64,000 nt of DNA, taken from positions 48,639 to 112,638 of the forward strand of contig CAWIRL010000010.1 in NCBI GenBank assembly GCA_963838545.1, written 5' to 3'. How positions within the stretch are numbered: the stretch's first letter is position 1; every line of letters starts with the position of its first letter. The notes beneath the pieces were generated by a model. The model saw only the letters and a program-made list of their open reading frames with translations, did no database searches and was not told the DNA's origin. Source of the stretch: an uncultured Acidobacteriota bacterium. Lineage in GTDB: Bacteria; Acidobacteriota; Terriglobia; Acidiferrales; UBA7541. Positions 28,729-37,967 of this stretch are shown here, piece by piece. A program made the position numbers and the translations under genes.

Positions 28729-30444
28729 GCTCGTCTCCCCGCGCAAGTTTCCGATCGCTTGCGCGGCCCATCAATCGCGAGCTTTTTTCCGCCGTCACCG
28801 AACTTCGTTGGCGCATGCTCGTCAATTCATTGCGCACAATCCGCGGACGCCTGGAGCTGGTGTCGCGCGCTCTGGTCGGCTTTGGCGTGACCATGCTTTC
28901 GCTCGGCGGCGCCGTCTTTCTCGTTCCCATGTCTCTTATCTCGCGATTGTCCACGAACCATCCCGGATATATCGCCGCCGCCCTATGGTTCATCTTCGGT
29001 TTTTGGCAGCTCTATCCCGTGCTCGAGCTCGCTCGACTTCCGTGCCTTTCGAGTTCGCCACGCTGCTGCGCTTCCCGATGAATTTCTCACTTATTGGTGG
29101 CTGGCATTTATTTACGGATTTGTCGATCCTGTCTGCCTCGGCAGCTTGCTGTGGCTTTTCGCCATCCTTCTCGGAGTGGGCATGGCATCGCCCGCGATGT
29201 TGCCCGGCGCTCTGCTGGCGTTGCTGCGTTTTGCGCTCGTCAATCTGTTCCTTTGTCGCGCGCCACCTATCTATGGCTCGAACGCTGGCTGGCGCAGCGC
29301 AAGACACGCGAAATTCTCGGCGTGGTTCTTAATCTTCTGCATGGTCGGCTTTCAATTCATCAGCCCACTTGATGCGCCCGCCTGGGAAATCATCCTCGTA
29401 ACACCGCATCTTCGCTGCAAGCTGCCATGCAGATCTCGCAATTTTTTCCACCGGGTCTCGCGGCCCTTTCGCTCCAGCATATCCAGGCCGGCCAGACGCT
29501 CGATGCTTTGCTTCCCTGCGCCGGCCTCGCCGTTTATCTCGCCTTGCTCGCCGCGCTCGTGAATCGCCGTCTTCGCGCTCAATTCCTGGGCGAAAATCTC
29601 AGCGAAGCAGCCGCTCCTTCCGCCATCCGCTCTCGCGAAAAAGTCCGCGAGGGTTGGAATCTGCGCGGCTTCTCCGCTCCCATCGCCGCAATTTTCGAAA
29701 AGGAAATGCGTTACCTGATGCGCAGCGGCCCGGTTCTTTTCATGTTTGTAATGCCCATCGTCGTCCTCGCTCTCTTTCGCATTTCTCCGGCCAGGTCCGG
29801 CGCGGGCGGCGCTTTCCTGGCGCGCGCTTCCGATTGGGCATTTCCGGTTGGCGCCGCCTACGCGCTGCTGATGCTCACGAATATCGTCTACAACTCCTTC
29901 GGCGCCGATGGCGGCGGCCTGCAATTTTTCCTCCTCGCTCCGGTCCCCATGCGTGACATCTTCTTTGCCAAAAACCTCTCGCAATGCGCCGTCCTCGCCA
30001 TCAATATCGCCCTCGTCTATATCGCCACTTCCTTCCTCTACCATCCGCCGGAATTGGCTGTCGTTTTCATTACTCGTCACCGCCATCGTCTTCGCTTTCC
30101 CGCTCAATCTCTCTGCCGGAAATTTGCTCTCCGTTTATTCCCCCAAGCGCTACGACCTGGCCGCTTTCGGCCGCCAACGCGCCAGCGCCGCCACCGGAAT
30201 CATCGGCATGTTCGTGCAGCTCTTCGTTGTCGGCGTTTCCGCGCTGGTCATCTTCGCCGCAAACCGTTTCGGCCGGACCTGGCTCGCCGGTTTCGCATTC
30301 CTCCTGCTCGCGGCTGCTTCATCGCTGGTCTATTGGTTCGTTCTCAATAAGAGCGCGAGCGCCGCGCTGAATCGCCGCGAAATTCTCGTCGGCGAAATCT
30401 GCCGCGTCGGCGCCGATTCCACGGCCTCTGGCCGCGCTTCCTGA
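28716..30444 (+). pseudogene. ABC-2-type exporter permease (putative ABC exporter family), many frameshifts
   Basis: The ATG at 28716 overlaps the ATPase stop. There is a chain of hydrophobic segments in shifting frames up to 29427, then two long clean stretches (29427..~30070 and the 29908 frame to 30444). Examples: 'PIAAIFEKEMRYLMRSGPVLFMFVMPIVVLALF' and 'GIIGMFVQLFVVGVSALVIFAAN'. Confidence 0.6.
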
Positions 30445-30479
30445 AGGGAATTGCGAGAAATTGCAGAAGGAGAAATCGT

Positions 30480-31591
30480 ATGGCGCGAATCTCGATTGGA
30501 ATCACCGTTGCCGCCGCGGCGCTCGTCGTTCTTGCCGCCGCGCCCATCGCCACGGCTCAGCCTCAGAATGAATCCCGCGTCAGCGGGGACATGAACACTG
30601 ACCTGCGCGAATTTGCCGCCACTCCCGCTATTTCCGGCTACGAGCACGAACTCGCCGCGAAGATCAGCAAGCAACTCGCCAGGTTTTCGCCGCAAGCCGA
30701 CAATCTTGGCGACGTCACCGTCACGATCGGCAGCGGCGCGCCGCATCGCTTGATCGTTGCCGCGCTCGATGAGCCTGGATTCGTCGTCAGTAACATCACC
30801 GAGGATGGCTATCTCCGTCTTCAGCGGCTTCCACAAAATGGCGCCATTCCGTTATTCGAAGAGCTCTACGCCGCGCAACCGGTCCGCGTGCGCACCGCGC
30901 AAGGCAAATGGACCGATGGTGTCGTCGCGGGCCTCTCCGTCCATCTGCAACCCGGCCGCACAGACACTCCCAAGATGGGCGACATCGAGAATTTATACGT
31001 GGACATCGGCGCCACTTCCGCCGCCGACGTGCGCCGCGCGGGCGTCGACATCCTTAGCCCCGTCGGAATCAATCCGCCAAGCCGAAGAATGTGAACTCCC
31101 ATTGGAACGCGGCAGGCAATCGGTGATCGCTATGGCGCCGTCGCGCCTGCTCGACTCGCTGCGGCAATTCGATCCGTCGAAGTTGAAAGGCACGCTCACG
31201 GTCGCCTTCGTCGTCCAGCAATGGACCGGCGCGCGCGGCCTGCAGCGAGTTCTCGAGCGCGTGAAGCCGGATGAAATGCTTTACGTCGGCCGGCTGATGG
31301 CCGGTGGTGTCGTTCCCGGCATGCAAACGGTTCGCCGCGCCCCGCGCCAGGAAATGGGCAGCGGCGTCCTCATCGGCCTCGACGCAAGTCGGCGAGACCG
31401 TCGTAGATTTTCCGGCCGAGATCAAACAAGCTCGCCGAGCTGAACAAAATCCCCATCGCCGCGGATTATTCCGCTCCGCTGCTCCCGCAAAGCTTATCTG
31501 CCGCCCGCGACTCTTGCCCGGTCGCTCGGCGCACATCGGCATCGCCACGGCTTGGCCCTCAACTCCAGCGGAGATGATCGACGAGCACTGA
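30480..31591 (+). pseudogene. Secreted M42 peptidase-like paralog, frameshifted and probably catalytically degenerate
   Basis: Signal peptide (VVLAAAPIATAQP). 'TPAISGYEHELA' and 'LIVAALDEPGFVV' align with 'VSGHEGAV' and 'LVVAHMDEIGFEV' of the intact neighbour, but the metal-ligand His is replaced. The continuation ('AIGDRYGAVA', 'LKGTLTVAFVVQQWTGARG', 'IGIATAWPSTPAEMID') is in other frames. Confidence 0.65.
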
Positions 31592-31662
31592 CTTGCGCCT
31601 GCTCTCCGAACTGCTCGTGAGCCTATGAGGGCGCACAGCCCGGCTCGGCTTCGACGCACGCC

Positions 31663-32751
31663 ATGAGCTGCCCGATGAAGATCGCCTCGAAACCGCCAGC
31701 TGGACCGCAAAAAATCGAAGTCCTGCTGCGCGAGTTGGTAGAAACCTACGGCGTCAGCGGCCACGAAGGCGCCGTCCGCCAGGAAATCCAGCGTGAACTT
31801 CCGCCCTGGGCCAAAACCGAAACCGACGAAGACGGCAATCTGATTCTCCATCTTGGCCCGCAATCCGCAAAAGGTCCGCGCATCCTGGTCGTCGCGCACA
31901 TGGACGAAATCGGCTTCGAAGTCACCGCCATCGCCAAAGATGGCCGCCTCGAAACCGTCTGGAAAGGCGGCGGTGATCTCAGCTTTTTCGCCGGACATCC
32001 CGCAATCCTACATTCGGATAATGGCGCGAGCCATCCCGCGATCGTCGAGCTGCCGAACGGCTGGGATCAATCCGGCTTCAAATGGCCGCGCGGAGAAGAA
32101 ACGATAGTGCACGTGGACATCGGCGCGCGCAGCGCCGATGAAGCCGCGAAGCTCGGCGTGAAAATCGGCGACTGGGTCACCATCCCGAAAAAATACCGGC
32201 CGCTGCTGGGCACGCGCGCCAACGGCCGCGCTTTCGATGATCGCGTCGGCGATGCCGCGCTGGTCTCCGCCGTCTGGGCGCTAGGCCAGCCGCTCGAAAA
32301 TCGCGATGTCACCTTCGTCTGGTCCACGCGTGAAGAAGTCGGCCTGAATGGCGCCGCCGGTGTCGCCAAGCGCCTGGCCGCCGAAGGCCGCCCGCCGGAT
32401 TTCGTTTTTGCCGTGGATACTTTTGTCAGCTCCGATTCGCCGCTCGAATCCAAACGCTTCGCCGACGCCCCCATCGGCAAAGGCTTCGTAATCCGCGCCG
32501 TGGACAATTCCAATATCGTTCCCACAGCCCTGGTCGAAAAAGTGATCAAGCTCGCCAACGCCAACAAAATCCCCGTCCAATTCGGCGCCACCGGCGGCGG
32601 CAATGACGGCTCAGCCTTCACCCGCCTGGGCTCGGTGGATATCGCCCTGGGCTGGCCGCTACGCTACTCCCACTCCCCAGCCGAGGTAATCGACGTCCGC
32701 GACGCCGACGCCCTCTCCAAAATCGTGGCCGCCATAGCCAAATCCTGGTAA
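31663..32751 (+). CDS. M42 family metallopeptidase (glutamyl aminopeptidase / FrvX-like)
   Basis: 362 aa, intact. 'ETYGVSGHEGAV', 'ILVVAHMDEIGFEVTAI', 'GRAFDDRVGDAAL', 'VWSTREEVGLNGA', 'RYSHSPAEVID'. Confidence 0.85.
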   Translation: MSCPMKIASKPPAGPQKIEVLLRELVETYGVSGHEGAVRQEIQRELPPWAKTETDEDGNLILHLGPQSAKGPRILVVAHMDEIGFEVTAIAKDGRLETVWKGGGDLSFFAGHPAILHSDNGASHPAIVELPNGWDQSGFKWPRGEETIVHVDIGARSADEAAKLGVKIGDWVTIPKKYRPLLGTRANGRAFDDRVGDAALVSAVWALGQPLENRDVTFVWSTREEVGLNGAAGVAKRLAAEGRPPDFVFAVDTFVSSDSPLESKRFADAPIGKGFVIRAVDNSNIVPTALVEKVIKLANANKIPVQFGATGGGNDGSAFTRLGSVDIALGWPLRYSHSPAEVIDVRDADALSKIVAAIAKSW

Positions 32752-32761
32752 TTCTCGGCCC

Positions 32762-32791
32762 GTAGCGCCGGCTGCCAGCCGGCGTTTGTCC
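32762..32791 (-). repeat. REP-like hairpin element, family 1, copy a (inverted orientation)
   Basis: The reverse complement GGACAAACGCCGGCTGGCAGCCGGCGCTAC matches GGACAGACGCCGGCAGGCTGCCGGCGTTAC at 39641-39670, with a compensatory A-T to T-A flip at the closing pair of the GGC loop. It lies 11 nt after the M42 stop codon. Confidence 0.65.
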
Positions 32792-33236
32792 GCGCAAACG
32801 GCGATGAGTCCGCCACTATCGGCAGCGCAGGCTTTCCAACCTGCGTCGCGCTGACGTCGGCAACTCGCCACGCGTCTACCGTAAGGCAGGCCACGATGAC
32901 GATATTTCGTCTCGACGACTCATTTCGGGTACTATCGCGACTTTCGCTATTTCTTCGAAGAATTCCGCCTCGCCACCACCTATCTATTTATGTATTAATA
33001 CGTTACGATAGGCCCAGTCACAAATTGCCACTTTTTCAAAAACTCACAAAAACAGGACAACAACTCTTTATGTTTCAGAATGTTACGGAGAGACTTAAAG
33101 TATTACTTTCACTAATGTTACACGTGTAACGTTTTCCCGTAAATGACATTCCGTGTCACCCCAAAAGCCCCTGCAGCCCCAATTCTCTCCGGCCTACCCG
33201 GCCCCGCGCAGCTTCACGAACGCCCCACTCCCACTT

Positions 33237-33245
33237 TGCTATAAT
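33237..33245 (+). promoter_or_regulatory. Extended -10 promoter element (TGCTATAAT) for the deoxynucleoside kinase gene
   Basis: TGcTATAAT at 33237-33245. The GTG start at 33254 is only 8 nt downstream, which implies a leaderless or near-leaderless mRNA. No SD sequence is present. Confidence 0.4.
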
Positions 33246-33253
33246 CCCCCGCC

Positions 33254-33904
33254 GTGACCACGCCAGCCTTCAAGTCTCCGCGCCACATCGTAATCGAAGG
33301 CCCCATTCGCGTCGGCAAATCCACGCTGGCCAAGGCTCTCGCCGAACGCCTGCATGCCCGTCGCGTTTTCGATTGCGACGACAATCCTTTTCTCTCCGAC
33401 TTCTACAAAGAAAAACCCGGCTCGGCCTTCAGCTCGCAAATGTATTTCCTGCTCGAGCGCTTTCGCCGCCTGAATGAGCTCCGCACCGAAGAAGATGCCG
33501 CCCCCATCGTCAGCGATTTCCTTTTCGAGAAGGACAAGATCTTCGCCTACATCAATCTCGATAACGAAGAACTGAAACTCTACGAACAATATTTCGCGAT
33601 GTTCGCGCCCTCTGTTCCCTCGCCGGATCTGGTGATCTATCTCCAGGCCAAGCCAGAAGTGTTGCGCAAGCGCGTGACCAAGCGCGGTGTCCCCGCTGAG
33701 AGCGATATCTCACTCGAATATCTCGAGGCCGTCTCGCAAGCCTACGAACATTTTTTCTTCCGCTATTCCGCGTCGGATCTGCTGGTGGTGGATACTTCCG
33801 AAATAGACTTCGTCGAACGCAACCAGGACTTGCAAGAACTCCTGCGCCGCCTGCAGCACCCCGTAAAAGGCACGCAATATTTCCTTCCGCTAGGGCCTGA
33901 ATAG
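33254..33904 (+). CDS. Deoxynucleoside kinase (dAK/dGK/dCK family)
   Basis: 216 aa. P-loop 'IVIEGPIRVGKSTLAKAL', 'FLSDFY', 'SQMYFLLERF', 'ISDFLFEKDKIF'. Confidence 0.85.
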   Translation: MTTPAFKSPRHIVIEGPIRVGKSTLAKALAERLHARRVFDCDDNPFLSDFYKEKPGSAFSSQMYFLLERFRRLNELRTEEDAAPIVSDFLFEKDKIFAYINLDNEELKLYEQYFAMFAPSVPSPDLVIYLQAKPEVLRKRVTKRGVPAESDISLEYLEAVSQAYEHFFFRYSASDLLVVDTSEIDFVERNQDLQELLRRLQHPVKGTQYFLPLGPE

Positions 33905-33920
33905 CGGCTCCCAGCCACGC

Positions 33921-33954
33921 ACAAAAAAACGGGTGAACCTTTCGGCTCACCCGT
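33921..33954 (-). terminator. Rho-independent terminator of the TPR gene
   Basis: The minus strand reads ACGGGTGAGCC-GAAA-GGTTCACCCGT (11-bp stem, GNRA tetraloop) followed by TTTTTTT. It starts about 45 nt after the stop at 33997. Confidence 0.75.
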
Positions 33955-33996
33955 CTTCACGACCCGCTCTTAAGGAGAGAGAAACTCTCGAATCAG

Positions 33997-34482
33997 CTAT
34001 TCCGCTCGGCCGGCCCCTCGCAAACGATGCCGCAATCTTCCCAGCGTCCGGTTCACCGGATGGCTGCGATGCAGGAAAGTAAGCACTGGCGCGCGGCGCA
34101 TTCCGATGCGCTCGAGCGCGCGGCGGATCCGGAAATCACGCCCCGCCGAAACCAAGCCCTTTTCGAGCGTGGCGATCGCTTCCGACGTCCGCCCCGCCTG
34201 GTGATACACTTCCGCCAAATTCAAATAAAGCTGCGCATGATTGCACTTTACTCCCAGCGCTTCGCGGCATAGCGTTTCGGCGTCTCCGAAGCGCTTTTCA
34301 GCCACAGCTGCCAGCAGGCCGGTATACGAGAGATAAAACGGGTTCTTCGGCGCCACTCCCAGCGCGCGTCGCGCGTGCATCAATGCATCCGTGGCCGCGC
34401 CATCCCGCAGTCTCCGCAAACATTCCTTGAATTCCACCATGCCAGCGTCGGCCGGCGTTGTCGTTCCTATCCAGTGCGACAT
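33997..34482 (-). CDS. TPR repeat protein (small)
   Basis: The ORF is open to 34719, but the ATG at 34482 has GGGAGGA upstream. TPR-like helices 'DALMHARRALGVAPKNPFYLSYTGLL', 'AETLCREALGVKCNHAQLYLNLAEVYHQAGRTSEAIATLEKGL'. Confidence 0.7.
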   Translation of the reverse strand: MSHWIGTTTPADAGMVEFKECLRRLRDGAATDALMHARRALGVAPKNPFYLSYTGLLAAVAEKRFGDAETLCREALGVKCNHAQLYLNLAEVYHQAGRTSEAIATLEKGLVSAGRDFRIRRALERIGMRRAPVLTFLHRSHPVNRTLGRLRHRLRGAGRAE

Positions 34483-34788
34483 TTTCTTCCTCCCAGCGCC
34501 CGAGACATCCGGAGCTGTTGCAGGAAGACTACTCCTGGGTCCATACCGGAAACTACCGGGCAACCGACCAGTTTTGGACCATCGCCTCACCCTGTCCCAA
34601 CTAGCAGGTATTCCGCGCCGAAGAGTACCCTGAGGCTGGCCCGAGGCAACCACCCGCAATTTTCTGCAATATTCTAAGCCGCCGCGAACGCCGAATCGCC
34701 GCTCCCGCAGCTCACTCACTAAATCTCTTCGGCAAACTCCGGCAAATCCTTAGATCGCCAGCCGAGCCGGTGTCATCGCGGCCACGGC

Positions 34789-36129
34789 CTAAGGCTTTGG
34801 AGCTGCCGGCGGCGCGGTTGCGGGTGAAGGAGCTGCTGGCGACGGAGTGGGGCTGGTAGCAGTGAGCGGCGCGGGCGAGGCATTGGGCGATATGCAGGCG
34901 GACGAAATCACTTGATTGTAAAAAGTTGCCGTCGTTGCCGTCGTAGCGTATTCGGCCGCGGCCTGGCCGTGGAAAGTGGCGTGGCGCCAGCGGTTGTTGT
35001 TGGCCCAGAGGCCTTGTGAGTCGATCCCCATTACTCTGCCGGCAGCATCCTTGATCCAGCGCTCATCGGTCGAGACGCTCAGCAGCCAGTCGGCGCGCGC
35101 TTCGGCATCGGCGGATTGCGTATCGGTGGAAATTTTCAGGCCGGCGACGTCGTTCGCATAAGTGATGTAGTAGGTGAACGGCGCGCGCTTTCCGTCCTTG
35201 CGCATTTTTGCGCCGCTGGGCAATTCAAAAAGCAGATCACTGCCGATTCGCTTCTGCTTCATTTGCGTATCGGTGCAGGTCTGGATCGTCCAGTCGCTCG
35301 CTTTGGAATCGTGGAGCACAACTCGGAACGAACCGGCACTCAGATCGAGAAGGTCGCTATGCGGTCGCAGATCGTCTTTACGGAATTGCAGCACTTGGCC
35401 GGGATAATCGAAGTGGAAGCGCCCTTCGGAGTCGGTAGTCGCAGTGCGGCGCTGCGGTTGCAGCGTGGGTGTTTTGTTGATCACCGTCACGCCGGCGACG
35501 GGCTCGCCGGATTCGGAGACGACTGCGCCATCCACTCCCGCGCTGGCGGCGGGATCCGATTCCACATTCGAGACGCTGGTGATCAGCAACAGATTGCAGC
35601 AATTGAGATGGCCGTAAGCGGAGGTGAGTTTGTTGCCGCCGGAATTCAGCAAGCTGCTGCCCGCGGCGAAAAAACCGCCGGTGAGAGTAGCGGTGACGCG
35701 ATAGAGAGGATTCCTGTCGCTGCGCGCCGTGATCAGCGAGAAAAGTTTCAGAAAATTATCATCCTTGGTGAGCGCAAACGAGCTTCCCGCGAACACAACA
35801 TTCGCCCCGGGAGTGCGTTCGGTATCGCCCGCCGTCGAGTCGGTAGGCGTGGCCACATCTCCTGCGAACATCATCCAGATGTCAGGCTTGGTAGCGCAGT
35901 CGCTCGCGTGCAGCGTGAAATCCTGATAGCTGAGGCGAATCGTTCCGCGCACTTTCACGTATTTGTGATCGTAGCTATGGGGATCGCCGAGGACTTTGCA
36001 AAGCGGAGTTTCGGCGACGCCGGATTGCGCGCCGGTGTGTTGCGGAGCCGCCAGAGAAATGATCGCGAACAGCAACGAAAGCACGAGGAGCTTCGTCGGG
36101 CCGCAGCCGGAGAGGGCACATATGCGCAT
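34789..36129 (-). CDS. Secreted hypothetical protein with a CarboxypepD_reg-like segment and a Pro/Ala-rich C-terminal tail
   Basis: 446 aa with a signal peptide (LLVLSLLFAIISLAAPQHTGAQS). 'GAVVSESGEPVAGVTVINK..TDSEGRFHFDYPG'. C-terminus 'SPAPLTATSPTPSPAAPSPATAPPAAPKP'. Confidence 0.65.
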   Translation of the reverse strand: MRICALSGCGPTKLLVLSLLFAIISLAAPQHTGAQSGVAETPLCKVLGDPHSYDHKYVKVRGTIRLSYQDFTLHASDCATKPDIWMMFAGDVATPTDSTAGDTERTPGANVVFAGSSFALTKDDNFLKLFSLITARSDRNPLYRVTATLTGGFFAAGSSLLNSGGNKLTSAYGHLNCCNLLLITSVSNVESDPAASAGVDGAVVSESGEPVAGVTVINKTPTLQPQRRTATTDSEGRFHFDYPGQVLQFRKDDLRPHSDLLDLSAGSFRVVLHDSKASDWTIQTCTDTQMKQKRIGSDLLFELPSGAKMRKDGKRAPFTYYITYANDVAGLKISTDTQSADAEARADWLLSVSTDERWIKDAAGRVMGIDSQGLWANNNRWRHATFHGQAAAEYATTATTATFYNQVISSACISPNASPAPLTATSPTPSPAAPSPATAPPAAPKP

Positions 36130-36216
36130 GGCCGCGAAATAATAGCACCGCAGCAGCGTCGAGGGCGCGTAGAGATGCGCAAGAACCGGCAGGCAAAGCG
36201 GCTGCGTCTTTGAGGA

Positions 36217-36257
36217 TTCATGGGCGGTTCATACCCGCGTAATCCGCGACGGATAAT
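36217..36257 (+). promoter_or_regulatory. Candidate Pho box plus -10 element upstream of phoU
   Basis: TTCAT (36217), TTCAT (36228) and GTAAT (36239) sit at exact 11-bp phasing. GATAAT follows at 36252-36257, about 8 bp after the last repeat. This is the geometry of PhoB-dependent promoters. Confidence 0.35.
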
Positions 36258-36298
36258 ATTTTGTCGCGGAGAGTGTAATTGGCCCGCGGGGAGGCAGC

Positions 36299-37039
36299 AT
36301 GGCGACGGCGGTCAACGAAGTGGATGGAATTTATCAGGCGGCGCTGGTGAATTATCTGGTTTCGATGGCGCGCACGGTGGAGGGTTCGGTGAATCGCGCG
36401 ATCGAAGCGTTGCTCGATCGCAATGAAAAACTCGCGGGCGAAGTTTTTCTCACCGAGCCGCGAATCAACGAGATGGAAATCATTATTGACGAGCACGCCA
36501 TCCGCTTGCTGCGCGGCGGGAATTTACCCGAGGGCGCGGTGCGCCTAATCGTGGCCAGCCTGAAACTGAATAACGACCTCGAACGCATCGGCGATCTGGC
36601 GGTGAATATTTGCCAGCGCGTGATTTCGCTCGCGGGCATGGAGGAAGTCGAAACGCCCGCGGAGCTCACTCCCATGGCCGCGGCGGTGCGCGCGATGGTG
36701 AGCAAGAGCCTGGGCGCGTTGATCTTCCGCAACGTGACGCTGGCCACAGAAGTGCTTGAGAGCGACGACATCGTGGACCGTTATCGCGACCAAATTTTTG
36801 AGAGCCTTCTGGCGGGCATGCGCGAAGACGCGTCGCAAGTGGCGCCGAATTTGCATTTTGTTCTGGCCGCGCGGCATCTGGAGCGCATCGCGGATCACAC
36901 CACGAATATCGCCGAGGATATTTTGTTCTGGGTCCGCGGATTGGATGTACGCCACGGCCGCGCGCTGCAGATCGAGCCCGAAAAGGACATCGAAAGGCGC
37001 GTCACAGCCGCCCCGGAACTGCGCGCCGAAGAGGCCTGA
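36299..37039 (+). CDS. phoU: Phosphate signalling complex protein PhoU
   Basis: 246 aa with GGGAGG 6 nt before the ATG. Two PhoU repeats with 'NNDLERIGDLAVNICQRV' and 'ARHLERIADHTTNIAEDILFWVRG'. Confidence 0.9.
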   Translation: MATAVNEVDGIYQAALVNYLVSMARTVEGSVNRAIEALLDRNEKLAGEVFLTEPRINEMEIIIDEHAIRLLRGGNLPEGAVRLIVASLKLNNDLERIGDLAVNICQRVISLAGMEEVETPAELTPMAAAVRAMVSKSLGALIFRNVTLATEVLESDDIVDRYRDQIFESLLAGMREDASQVAPNLHFVLAARHLERIADHTTNIAEDILFWVRGLDVRHGRALQIEPEKDIERRVTAAPELRAEEA

Positions 37040-37267
37040 TCGCCCGAGATTTCATCGCCCTGCTGTTTCTTACGGCGCGAGATTATCTACGCACGGCATG
37101 AGTTGCATCTCCGTGGCCGCTAACCCGTGGTGTATTGCCGCGTCTATCGGCTCACATCGATCGTGATTCCGGGGGCGCACGATTCCGCGCCGCACTAAAA
37201 ATTCATTTTCGAATCCCGCCGTCCGAGGCCGCATCCAAAAAAGCGGCGTGCCAGTTGCGCTGCATTT

Positions 37268-37807
37268 ATGGAGGCTCCGCCGATGGAACTACGATTACCG
37301 GATGCAATTTTGATTCTCGGCAAGACGCCCGCATGCCTGGATCTTCTGCTGCGGGATCTTCCGGACGAATGGCTGCGCGCGAACGAAGGGCCGGACACCT
37401 GGAGCTGCTACGATGTGGTCGGCCACTTAGTTCACGGCGAACTCACCGACTGGATGCCGCGATTGCAGATCATTCTCGAGCACGGCGCCGCGCGCGCGTT
37501 CACGCCCTTCGACCGCTTCGCGCAGCTGCAGAACGATAAGTCGAAACCGATCGGCGAGGTGCTCGACCGCTTCAAATTTCTACGCCAACAAAATCTCCAG
37601 CGCCTTGAAGATTTGCATCTGACGGCACAAGACTGGAGCCGCCCCGGCAAGCACCCGGAACTCGGCGCGGTGACACTGGGCCAACTCATTTCCACGTGGG
37701 TAGTGCACGACCTGACGCACTTCAACCAAATCCATCGCGTGATGGCCAAGCAGTATTCCGAAACGGTTGGCCCCTGGAAGCAATATCTCTCCATCCTGAC
37801 GCGGTGA
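37268..37807 (+). CDS. DinB-family (DinB_2-like) four-helix-bundle metalloprotein
   Basis: 179 aa. His triad context 'YDVVGHLVHGE' .. 'STWVVHDLTHFNQIHRV'. Confidence 0.75.
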   Translation: MEAPPMELRLPDAILILGKTPACLDLLLRDLPDEWLRANEGPDTWSCYDVVGHLVHGELTDWMPRLQIILEHGAARAFTPFDRFAQLQNDKSKPIGEVLDRFKFLRQQNLQRLEDLHLTAQDWSRPGKHPELGAVTLGQLISTWVVHDLTHFNQIHRVMAKQYSETVGPWKQYLSILTR

Positions 37808-37967
37808 AGCGGCATTGGTTATTTCAAACGCGCTGCTTTGCGATGTGACGGAATCCGCGCTGATCCGTCAAAACCCTGCAGACGTCCTCGGTGTGGACTA
37901 TAATTCCGCGCGAATTGCGCTTGGATGCAAAGATGCAAACCAAATTCGTTTTCTGAGAGATGAACTG

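Noticed and set aside
32896-33129. 77-aa ORF in the AT-rich island
   Set aside because: It has no Shine-Dalgarno sequence and a Leu/Arg/Phe-rich composition driven by AT-rich DNA. It is full of palindromes and more likely non-coding.
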